64,000 nt of DNA, taken from positions 19,784-83,783 of the IMG/VR virus record IMGVR_UViG_3300024331_000061; one strand, given 5' to 3'. The stretch is from a virus (lineage: Duplodnaviria; Caudoviricetes). This document shows, piece after piece, positions 17,815 to 26,300 of the stretch. Positions within the stretch are counted from its first letter, which is position 1; every line of letters begins with the position of its first letter. The translations under genes and the position numbers were made by a program. The notes under the pieces are model-generated. The model worked only from the letters and a program-made list of their open reading frames with translations, searched no databases and had not been told where the DNA came from.

Positions 17815-19011
17815 CTACGACAGGCCCATCTGCTGCTTGGCCCGCGCGATCACGTCGGCGCGCGAGGTCTCCGCAGCGGTGGCCTGGGCGTCCTCGGGGC
17901 CTTCCATCGCGGAGCCCAGCTCCACGCCGAGGTCGAGCATCTGCGCCATCTTGGCGTACTCGCTCAGCACCCGGCGCATGACCTGGCCGGCGTCCACCCG
18001 CGTGCCGCCGGTCAGCTCGATCACGTGCCCGGAGCCCTGGAGCAGCGGCCGGGCCAGCTCGGTGATGTACGGCGGGATGCCGAGGTCAGCCAGGCTGCGC
18101 TTCTCGCCCTCGAACTTCTGGGCATCGAACTGGACCTGGAAGACACCCAGCTGGCGCTCGGTCTCGTCGGCGCGGGCGTTGGCCAGGTCGATGGCCATCT
18201 GGGCCTGGTTGGTCAGGCCGGTGGCGGCAGCGCCAGCCCCGGTCTCGGCCAGGAACTCGCTCTCCAGGTCGGCCAGGTCCTCGTCGCTCATCGCCTCGAT
18301 GAGGTCGGCCAGCTCCTGGTCGGTCAGCTCGTTGTCGGGCTGGCCGCCGGTGCCGTTGGTGCCGCTGGCCGGGGGAGCTGGCGGTGCCGTGCCGAGCAGC
18401 TTGTCCAGGGCAGCCGCGTCCAGGTTGAGCAGCCTGGTCAGGTTGGCCTGCTGCTGGGCGTTCAGTTCGGGCATGGTGTCTTCCTCCCCAGCAAAGCTGG
18501 CTCCGGTGAGATCGATGACAAGAGACGGCGTGTTGGCCGCCTCGATGGTCTGCCACGCGCCCAGACCGGGGATGCGCGGGTCCAGCGTGCCGAGGACGTG
18601 CTGCACGGCGGCGGGGTAGAACTTACCGTCTGACCTGGCATAATTCTCGACAATCCTGGCCGACACCCCCAAATACGGGTTCTCCCTCAGCACCTGCTCG
18701 CCGCGCTCGGTGGGCTGGAGGTACAGCCAGAGGCCGTCATCCTCGGAGCGGAGGTCCGTGATGGTGCCCCTGTGACGCTCGGGATCGTTGGTGTGCGTGT
18801 TCTTCGCGTCGGCTAGCTGGAAGGACACCTGGTCGTAGGCGCGGTCGCGGAACGCCTGCGCCAGGCTGTCGTTGTAGTCCTTGCTGAAGTGCAGCATGCG
18901 GCCCTGGTACTCCACGTCATCGACGGGCAGCACGCGCTTCTTCCAGAGCCGGTTGCCCAGCTCGATCGCGTTGCCCCGGAAGAACGGGGTCAGGACCGCA
19001 GCGGTATCCAT
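17815..19011 (-). CDS. Prohead (capsid maturation) protease with C-terminal scaffold
   Basis: 398 aa. The N-half has H...G-x-I-x-x-L...Y-x-x-VS-x-x-I...L-x-HV-x-x-T-x-x-P, as in Mu I-type proteases; the C-half is acidic coiled-coil. Confidence 0.8.
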   Translation of the reverse strand: MDTAAVLTPFFRGNAIELGNRLWKKRVLPVDDVEYQGRMLHFSKDYNDSLAQAFRDRAYDQVSFQLADAKNTHTNDPERHRGTITDLRSEDDGLWLYLQPTERGEQVLRENPYLGVSARIVENYARSDGKFYPAAVQHVLGTLDPRIPGLGAWQTIEAANTPSLVIDLTGASFAGEEDTMPELNAQQQANLTRLLNLDAAALDKLLGTAPPAPPASGTNGTGGQPDNELTDQELADLIEAMSDEDLADLESEFLAETGAGAAATGLTNQAQMAIDLANARADETERQLGVFQVQFDAQKFEGEKRSLADLGIPPYITELARPLLQGSGHVIELTGGTRVDAGQVMRRVLSEYAKMAQMLDLGVELGSAMEGPEDAQATAAETSRADVIARAKQQMGLS

Positions 19012-19013
19012 GG

Positions 19014-19736
19014 CTACTTCCCGAAGTTGTCGGCCCGCTTGGCGAAGGCGTGCGCCTTCTCGGGCGGCCAGCCCTTGGCCCGCAGCTTCTTGTGCACGCT
19101 CTTGCCCTTGGGACCGAGGTCCTTGGGCGTGTCGTCATCCTCGTCATTGTCGTCGTCCGAGCTGCCTGAGCTGGTGACGCGAGCACCGTTCGATGAGCTG
19201 GAGTTCGGGAAGGCGAACGTGCGGATGGCCGGGACGCCGAAGTGCTCCATCAGCGGGGTCTGGACGGCGGGCGGCTGGAGTCCGGGGGACTCAGCTGGCC
19301 TGGCCAGGCTGGCCGTGCCCTTGTTCCAGGTGGCGAGCAGCTCGCCCAGCGCGCCGCGCTGGTGCGTGTGCGGGCTCAGCTCCTTGCCCTCGTAGACGGC
19401 CTGCCAGCCCTGGTCCCCCTGCCGGATCTCCCCGATCATCCCGCCGCCCCGGCGGTGCCGGATCGAGGCGGTGCCCTGCGGCGTGCGGCTGACCAGCACG
19501 TCATTCGGGCTGGCAACCGGGTAGCGCGGGGTAGCCATGTCAAGCTGCGTTGACAGGCTGACCGTCTCGGCACGGTAGCCGCACCGGGGACAGGCACCCG
19601 GCGCGGGGCTGTTGCCGTCGCCCGCGAACTCCATCACGCCCTGGCCGCGAGCACGGCTGGCGATGAAGGCGGCGAGTTCAGCTGGGTTCGCTGCCCCTCG
19701 CGCGGCGAGCGTTCCCGTTGCCAGGCGACCGGCCAT
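19014..19736 (-). CDS. Putative capsid-internal protein (CPRC knuckle, basic C-terminus)
   Basis: Start reassigned to ATG 19736 after GGAGG; 240 aa; contains MEFAG and LDMAT variants of the repeated linker motif. Confidence 0.6.
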   Translation of the reverse strand: MAGRLATGTLAARGAANPAELAAFIASRARGQGVMEFAGDGNSPAPGACPRCGYRAETVSLSTQLDMATPRYPVASPNDVLVSRTPQGTASIRHRRGGGMIGEIRQGDQGWQAVYEGKELSPHTHQRGALGELLATWNKGTASLARPAESPGLQPPAVQTPLMEHFGVPAIRTFAFPNSSSSNGARVTSSGSSDDDNDEDDDTPKDLGPKGKSVHKKLRAKGWPPEKAHAFAKRADNFGK

Positions 19737-19817
19737 GCGCCCTCCAAGTCTCAACCTCTACTTGAGAGTCAGCGTAGACCGTCAAGCGGCGGATGTTAGC
19801 ACCCGCCGCGCCTGAAA

Positions 19818-19958
19818 TCAGGAATCACCACGCTGGATAGCCTCGTCAACGAACATTTCGGCGGCCTTCGCGGCGTCCTCGGGCTCCATGCCCTTGTCCT
19901 CGAACGAGTTCTTCATCACGGTGATCGCGGTCTGCCGGACATCCTCGGGAACTGGCAT
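19818..19958 (-). CDS. Small acidic hypothetical protein (46 aa)
   Basis: MPVPEDVRQTAITVMKNSFEDKGMEPEDAAKAAEMFVDEAIQRGDS; 1-nt overlap with the upstream stop; not in the ORF track. Confidence 0.5.
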   Translation of the reverse strand: MPVPEDVRQTAITVMKNSFEDKGMEPEDAAKAAEMFVDEAIQRGDS

Positions 19959-20641
19959 CAGACCTTCTTGACGAACTCGGTGATGAGCTGGACGGCGATA
20001 GGCCCGAGCGCGGCTGCGATGGCAATCATCGGGGCCACGCCGACTGCGGACAGGGCCATGGCGATGATGGCACCCGCCAGCGCCACGCCGCCCTCGATGG
20101 CCAGCCGCGTCCGGGCCGCCTTCTGCTCCTTGAGGTCCTGCGCGGCCTTGGTGGCTTCCAGCTCCTTGTTGGTCTTGTCAACCTTGTCGATGATCTCGTG
20201 CACGATCGCGGCGTGCTCGGCGCGCAGCTGCCCGGCCATCTCGGCTGCGGCGGCTGCGGCGCGGGCCTTCGCCACGGCATCTACCTCCGGGGCCACCTTG
20301 GGCAGCTCCCCAGACCCGGACTTGGACTTGTCCTTGGCCTGGCTGCTGATCAGCACGGCCCCGCGCGTCCACTCGCCGTGCAGCCCGCGCATCTCGTGCT
20401 CCCATGCGGCCAGGTCCATCACCTGCTCAGCGATCCCGGCGAGCTGCACCGGGGCCAGCCTGGCCAGCATGGTGCCCACGTCCTGGATCTCGCGCAGCGC
20501 GGCCCCGGTGGCCGACCTGGCCAGCTCGCGGACCCTGGACCGGCCCTCGGCCGCACGGGCGGCCGGGTCCTCGTAGACCCAGCTCAGCACGCCGTACGCC
20601 TGCCGCCCCTGGAGCGTGTCACCGCCAGCCCTGGCACCCAT
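19958..20641 (-). CDS. Putative internal/ejection protein with C-terminal transmembrane hairpin
   Basis: 227 aa; carries the IAEQVMDLA-AWEHEMRGLHGEW linker, a coiled-coil, and two C-terminal hydrophobic helices. Confidence 0.6.
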   Translation of the reverse strand: MGARAGGDTLQGRQAYGVLSWVYEDPAARAAEGRSRVRELARSATGAALREIQDVGTMLARLAPVQLAGIAEQVMDLAAWEHEMRGLHGEWTRGAVLISSQAKDKSKSGSGELPKVAPEVDAVAKARAAAAAAEMAGQLRAEHAAIVHEIIDKVDKTNKELEATKAAQDLKEQKAARTRLAIEGGVALAGAIIAMALSAVGVAPMIAIAAALGPIAVQLITEFVKKV

Positions 20642-23600
20642 CAGGCTGCTCTCCCTTCACGGGCCATGCGCTCAGTATGCGCCGTCTGGTGCACGGTGCG
20701 GACGGCGGCGCGGTGCGCGTTCACGGCGGCTTCCTGCCCGGACCAGGCTTCCAGGATGGCCCGCCTGGTCTCGACCTCCACCCTGGCCATCGCTATCTCA
20801 TCCGTCAGCAGCGGCGCGTCGGGCGAGTCCTTCAGCGCGGCCATGATCACCTGGCGGGCCATCACGTTCACCTTGCGGGACGCGCCCTCGCGGTTGATCT
20901 CGTCGGACAGCTCACGGGTCCGGGCGTAGCCGGGCGTGCTCATCCGCAGGTCGCCGTGGCCCTCGTCCTGGGCCACCTGCTGCACCCAGTCCTGGGCCAT
21001 GGCGGTCTGCCAGCCGTAGTGCCCCCAGGCGCTGCCGTTCTTGATCTTCACCGGGTCCTGGGCCGCCAGGGCCATGTCCGCCAGCGTCTGCATCTGGAAC
21101 CGCATCACGCCCGGCTCCGCAACCTTCCGTTCCCCGATGCCCATCGCCTTGAGGAACTCGGGGGCGTGGTGGATGGTGGCCAGCTCCGTGAACCCTTCCT
21201 CGATCGCGCCCGTGGCCGGGTCCTGGTAGGCGCGCTGGTGGTCGCTGTATTCCTCGCGGTACAGGGTCCTGATGCCGAACGACCGGCGCTTTTCGTTGAT
21301 CTTGGCCTCGCTGCCGCCGATGTCCGCGTGGGTGAACTCGTGCAGCAGCACCTCAGCTGAGTCAGGGTGATCGACCGGGCGGAACTGGTGGGCCATCATT
21401 TCCTCGATGCTCCTGGCCACCACGCCTGAGACTTGCAGCTCCCCGGACCAGCTCATCTGACCGGCGGTGTCGGGGTCATCGATGCCCACGGTGACCTTGC
21501 CGTTCCACGCCTCGCGCCCGCCGCCCAGCAGGCCCGGCACCAGCGGAGCGCCTTTGGCCGCGAAGTCCCTGACGGCCTTGTGCATCGACTCGTAGGACCC
21601 CTCGCCCTGGAGCGGCGGGATGTCCTCCCCGGAGGGCGGGGTCTCCCTGCCGACCGCCGAGCCGTCGAGCCACTTGTTCATGTGCGACCACCGGCCCCGG
21701 TCATCCCGGCTCTCCAGCGGGTTGAAGTGCCAGGCTAGGAGGACCTGATCCCGGATTGAACCGCCGTGGCCAGCTCGGCTGCCATCGCCAGCCGCTCGTC
21801 CTCGGGCAGGTCCGCGTAGCCCTCCGGGACCTTGACCAGCACCTTGGTTGGCGTGCTCTGTGATGCGTCCGCCACCGCTGCCTCCTGTCGGGATCTCGGC
21901 GTAGTCCGGGAGGCTGTAGACCGAGATCTGGTTCCGCGACCTGCCCGCCGCTACCGCCATGGACTTGCTGGCGAAGTTGTCGCTGGGCTCCAGCCACAGC
22001 TTGCCGTCGTGCACCCATCCGCCCAGGTACGCCTGCTTCCCGGTGAACGAGTTCTTCTCGGCCATGATCATGTCATCGATGGCGCGGGTCAGCTTCGCGT
22101 GGTCGTCCAGGATGGCGGCCGGGTACGTGTGCGTGTGGTCTACCTGGGCCACCATGTACCCGCCGGGCGGGCTCTCTCCCGTCCGCACGCTGACGCTGAA
22201 GCCCTTGTGGTGCGCAGCAGCCGTACTGGCTGCGCTCTCAGCTGCGCCGAACCGGGTCCACCGTCCCCGGCTGTCCCGCAGCTCAGCCAGCTCGACAGCC
22301 TGCCCGCTGATGGTAGCCAGCCCGGCTGCCTTCTTCCTCAGGGCCAGGTAGTTCGCCCACCGGATCATCGTCTCGGTGTGCCAGAGCGAGCGCCCGTGGC
22401 TGGCGAAGTCAGCCTGCATGGACCGCAGCCGGGCCTCCATGGCGCGGACCTCGCCCTCGGGGATGCCGTTGGGGTTGGCGAACAGGGCGCGGGTGAACGG
22501 GCTGACGGTGCCCTTCTGCCCGTTCGGGCCGACTACGCCCGGCCGGAAGCCGTTGGTGCCGTAGGCACTTGAATTGTCAATCGGGACCGGCTTGTCCCCG
22601 TCCATCAGGTAGTTGTGCGAATGCCTGTCCGGGTTGTCGATCAGGTAGTCGAGCATCCCGATCCGCAGGCCCCTCGGGCTGGAGAACAGGTCCGGCATCG
22701 CGTCGTACGGGTCCTCGGGGTCCACGTTGCGGTCTGCCAGGTAGCGCTCGGCCAGCACGCCCTTGCTGAAGGCCATGGTGACCTGCTTCGGCCCGCTGCG
22801 GTGCACGGCCGGTGCCCCGGTGCCCTCCACCGCGTCAGCCACGGTGGCCGCCAGCTCTTCGGAGTCGGCCAGGTCCTTGGCCGGGTGGCCCTGCCAGTCG
22901 AGCAGCGTCTTCTGGACCGCCTTCTGGCCGTTGTTCAGAGTCAGGATCTCGGTCCTGCCCTGGAGCCCGTCACCGAGCTTCTTGTGCGAGGCGATCCCGC
23001 TGGCCAGGTCGCTGGCCACCCGCGCCACGCCACCCCGCGTCCAGCGCCCGTGCCGGTCCCGCAGCTCGTGCTCCCAGACGGCCAGCTCGACGGCCTCGTT
23101 CCAGTCGCTGACCACCTGAGCCAGGCTGGTCGTGCCGGGGTGCAGCGGCAGGCCCTCGGCCCCGGCGTACTTCGCCCACTTAGCCCAGGCATTCCTCAGC
23201 ATGGTCGTGCGGCCCTTGGCGCGGGCGTTCTCGGGGCTGGCGGGGTCGGCGGCCTGGACCGCCGTGACGGCCAGGTTGGCGCTCTGCTGGTGCAGCCAGG
23301 TGATGGCCTGGAGCTGGTGCGGCGCGATCGGCGTGCCCTGCTCGTTGAGCTGGCGGGCTGCCTCGCGGTACTGGTCCGCGACGTACTCGTGGTAGCGGGC
23401 CTTGCCGATCGGCGGCTCGATGTTGTCGGGCAGCCGTACGCCCATGGCCACGGACAGGGCGTGCCGGTCGATCACCACATGGCCCTTGGTGTCGGACGGG
23501 GCATCGCCGCCGTTCTCGATAAGGTGCGCGAACGCCCTGGTCTTGGGTGCCTGGAGCGCCTCGTCCACGGTGGCTCCGTCCAGGGCCTCCTGGGCGTTGG

Positions 23601-26109
23601 CCTGCATGGCCCCGCTGATCAGCCCGTCCCCTGGCCCGAGCGCCCGGTGTTCCTCAGCCGCCCTGGCTGAGTTGAACATGTTGACCGGCCAGCTGGCCTG
23701 CGGGCTGTAGGCAGCCAGCAGGATCGCGCCCTTGCGGGCGTCCCCGTCAGCCATCTTGGCAGCCAGCATGTGGGCGTCGGCGTACCAGCGCATCCCCTGG
23801 GCCTTCTCCTGGTCCGAGGATGCCCTGTATGCCGCGATCACGTTGGCCGGGCTGACCGGGTGCGCCCTGAAGAACGGGTGGTCCTCCGGGTGCGGGTAGT
23901 TGATCGGGCTCTTGTTCTTCTTGATCAGCAGCCGCTCGTGCCTGGGCACCATATAACCCGCGCCCCTGCTCCATTGGCCGTGAGCATCCCGCTTCTCAGC
24001 CGGGTTGAACCGCCAGCCCAGATCCAGGGCCTGGGCGCTGATGCCAGCCCAGTTCTGCCCGCCAGCACCGGGAGCCGCGCCGGGTGCGATGTCGTTGAGC
24101 CGCGAGATCATCTGCGTGTACCAGTCATCGTGGCCCAGCCGGTGGAACTCGGGCTTGATCGTGGCCAGGCCCTCTACCAGCTGCTCGTACTCGGCCGTGT
24201 CCAGGACCTCGTTGTGCCAGAAGGGGCTGTTGGTCCCGTAGCTGCTGGCGAAGCCGCCGCTCATGTCGATGGGCACCGGCACGTCATCCGGGGTGATCAT
24301 CCAGTTGAAGTCGTGCCGGTCGGGGTTGGAGATCAGGTAGTCGAGCACACCGATCTTGTGGCCCTGGGGGTTGTCCTCGCTCTCCAGGTCGTAGGTGTCA
24401 GCGCCGCCTGAGTAGTTCCCGGCCACCTCGCCGGGCACGAAGCCCATGATGATCTCGTCGGGCTCGCCGTCCGTCAGGCGGGCTACCGGCGGTGCGCCAG
24501 CCCCGACTACCTGGCTGACGTAGTAGGACAGCTCGTCGGCGTCCGGCATGGACTGGTAGCCGGATAGGTACTTCTTGTGCACGACCTTCTCGCCGCTGGG
24601 CAGCGTGACGATCTCGACGGTGCCCTGGATGCCGTCACTGGAGTCCTCGGAATCACCCATGGCCAGGTCATCCTCGGTGATCTCCTGGAGCTTCCTGACC
24701 TCTGGGCTGTTGTGGCCGACCTCTTCTGGCGGGCTCGGCATGCCCGGCAGCAGGTACTGCTTGACGCCGGGGGCCACCATGACGCCAGGCGGGCTCGGGC
24801 TCGGCGGCGGCGGCGTCGGCTGCTTAGCCGGTTCCTCCATCGCCCGCAGGGCCGTGTCGGACACGTGATGCTCGTTACCGGCCCCGTCGGTGATCAGCCA
24901 GGGCGCATCCGGGTTAGGCGGGTGCGGGTCGAGTGCGACCCACGCCATCGGCCCCGGCCCGCTGACCACCCGGAACTGCATCCCGGCCATGCGATTGATG
25001 TCCGGCGGCTTTGTCGGGCCGAGCAGCGAAGCCGAGTGGTGCTCAGCCATCCTCCTGGCCCAGGCTGCGGCCCCGATCGCGGGCATCTGGGAGATCGGCT
25101 GCTCCTGCCGGATGACCCCGCCGTTCTTCCAGTCGATCAGCCGCCGCATGCCGTCGGGCGCATCGACCACCACGTGGCCGCCTGCCACGGCCACGACACG
25201 GCCCTGGAGGCCCATGCTGCTCTGGGCCAGGTCCCCCTCCTTCGGAGCCCCGGTCCTCGGCATGATGCCAGTGCCCCGGAAATTCCAGGCTCCGGGGATG
25301 TGCGGCGGGACGGCGGGCAGTGCCGGGCCGACCTCGGACAGCGGGACGGTGTGCACGGGCACCCCGCCGTTGCGCCAGTCCACCAGGTGCCGCATGCGGT
25401 CGTTGGCGTCGATGGCCGCGTGACCGCCCGCCACGGAGATGACGGTGCCCCAGACGCCCTGGCTGTTCTTGGCCTGGTCCCCGACTCGCGGCTCCGTGAC
25501 GATCTGGTTGCTGATGAGGCCGCCCCGGACGAACTGCCACGCGCCGAGCAGGTGAGGCACGGGCACGGCACGCCCGGCCCTCAGCGCCCTGTTCCGCTCG
25601 GCCTCTCGCTGCATGGCCTCGCGGCCCTCTTTCAGCGTGCTCGCGCCCTGCGGGAACGGGTGAGCATGCCGGATGATCTGGCCCTGCTCATCGACGGTCC
25701 AGGTCTGTCCGCCAGCCCTCCTGTTGTCGTGCTGCTTGGCCTTCAGCTCGGCAGCCGGTGTCCAGGGCCGGGATACGGGAGCCGGGTGCATCCGGTCCCA
25801 CTCGGCCATGTGCTGACGACGCTGGGCGAGCTGACTGCGGATCGTCTCCGGGCCGTTGCCCTCGGCCTTCAGCCGCCGGGCGATGGCCTGCTCGGTGATG
25901 CCGCCGCCGAACTGCTGGCGGCCCGCCTTGTCCCGTTCATGCGCCGCCTTCTGCCTGTAAACCTCGCTCGGCCAGCCCTGGCGCGCGTTCTCGCGGGCGA
26001 AGGTGTCCGGCCGCCAGGTCGTCTTGATCCACCGGCCGTGGCTGTCCCTCGGGTGCAGGACGCTGTTGAAGAACGCCAGCTCCAGGATCTGCTCGCTGAT
26101 GGTCGTCAC
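20641..26109 (-). CDS. Polyvalent capsid-internal polyprotein (two HipA/PI3K-like kinases, HhH-glycosylase-like domain, unknown domain, HExxH metallopeptidase)
   Basis: 1822 aa. DYLI-x-N-x-DRH-x-x-N...PID occurs twice; VVIDRH...HQLQAITW; LLHEFTH...EEGFTE; five ELA/RDxxGRW-type linkers. Confidence 0.8.
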   Translation of the reverse strand: MTTISEQILELAFFNSVLHPRDSHGRWIKTTWRPDTFARENARQGWPSEVYRQKAAHERDKAGRQQFGGGITEQAIARRLKAEGNGPETIRSQLAQRRQHMAEWDRMHPAPVSRPWTPAAELKAKQHDNRRAGGQTWTVDEQGQIIRHAHPFPQGASTLKEGREAMQREAERNRALRAGRAVPVPHLLGAWQFVRGGLISNQIVTEPRVGDQAKNSQGVWGTVISVAGGHAAIDANDRMRHLVDWRNGGVPVHTVPLSEVGPALPAVPPHIPGAWNFRGTGIMPRTGAPKEGDLAQSSMGLQGRVVAVAGGHVVVDAPDGMRRLIDWKNGGVIRQEQPISQMPAIGAAAWARRMAEHHSASLLGPTKPPDINRMAGMQFRVVSGPGPMAWVALDPHPPNPDAPWLITDGAGNEHHVSDTALRAMEEPAKQPTPPPPSPSPPGVMVAPGVKQYLLPGMPSPPEEVGHNSPEVRKLQEITEDDLAMGDSEDSSDGIQGTVEIVTLPSGEKVVHKKYLSGYQSMPDADELSYYVSQVVGAGAPPVARLTDGEPDEIIMGFVPGEVAGNYSGGADTYDLESEDNPQGHKIGVLDYLISNPDRHDFNWMITPDDVPVPIDMSGGFASSYGTNSPFWHNEVLDTAEYEQLVEGLATIKPEFHRLGHDDWYTQMISRLNDIAPGAAPGAGGQNWAGISAQALDLGWRFNPAEKRDAHGQWSRGAGYMVPRHERLLIKKNKSPINYPHPEDHPFFRAHPVSPANVIAAYRASSDQEKAQGMRWYADAHMLAAKMADGDARKGAILLAAYSPQASWPVNMFNSARAAEEHRALGPGDGLISGAMQANAQEALDGATVDEALQAPKTRAFAHLIENGGDAPSDTKGHVVIDRHALSVAMGVRLPDNIEPPIGKARYHEYVADQYREAARQLNEQGTPIAPHQLQAITWLHQQSANLAVTAVQAADPASPENARAKGRTTMLRNAWAKWAKYAGAEGLPLHPGTTSLAQVVSDWNEAVELAVWEHELRDRHGRWTRGGVARVASDLASGIASHKKLGDGLQGRTEILTLNNGQKAVQKTLLDWQGHPAKDLADSEELAATVADAVEGTGAPAVHRSGPKQVTMAFSKGVLAERYLADRNVDPEDPYDAMPDLFSSPRGLRIGMLDYLIDNPDRHSHNYLMDGDKPVPIDNSSAYGTNGFRPGVVGPNGQKGTVSPFTRALFANPNGIPEGEVRAMEARLRSMQADFASHGRSLWHTETMIRWANYLALRKKAAGLATISGQAVELAELRDSRGRWTRFGAAESAASTAAAHHKGFSVSVRTGESPPGGYMVAQVDHTHTYPAAILDDHAKLTRAIDDMIMAEKNSFTGKQAYLGGWVHDGKLWLEPSDNFASKSMAVAAGRSRNQISVYSLPDYAEIPTGGSGGGRITEHANQGAGQGPGGLRGPARGRAAGDGSRAGHGGSIRDQVLLAWHFNPLESRDDRGRWSHMNKWLDGSAVGRETPPSGEDIPPLQGEGSYESMHKAVRDFAAKGAPLVPGLLGGGREAWNGKVTVGIDDPDTAGQMSWSGELQVSGVVARSIEEMMAHQFRPVDHPDSAEVLLHEFTHADIGGSEAKINEKRRSFGIRTLYREEYSDHQRAYQDPATGAIEEGFTELATIHHAPEFLKAMGIGERKVAEPGVMRFQMQTLADMALAAQDPVKIKNGSAWGHYGWQTAMAQDWVQQVAQDEGHGDLRMSTPGYARTRELSDEINREGASRKVNVMARQVIMAALKDSPDAPLLTDEIAMARVEVETRRAILEAWSGQEAAVNAHRAAVRTVHQTAHTERMAREGRAA

Positions 26110-26300
26110 GGGCGAGCCCAGACGTAGCCGTTGCTCCAGCCGTTCAGGACCCTGAACGCTTCCTCGGGATCACCGCCTGCCTTACGGACGGCTGAGTCGG
26201 CCATGGTCTGGAGGCTAGGGGAGCTGGCCAGCAGCCGCCCGGCGTCCAGGCTGATCGTGCCGAGCTGGCCCTTGGCGTCGAACACCCGCAGCGTAGCCAT
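26106..26300 (-). CDS. Small hypothetical protein
   Basis: 64-aa ORF coupled to both neighbours. Confidence 0.55.
   Translation of the reverse strand: MATLRVFDAKGQLGTISLDAGRLLASSPSLQTMADSAVRKAGGDPEEAFRVLNGWSNGYVWARP

Noticed and set aside
21880-22240. SAM lyase assignment for the unknown polyprotein module
   Set aside because: I could not match it to T3 SAMase-type motifs by eye; left as unknown.
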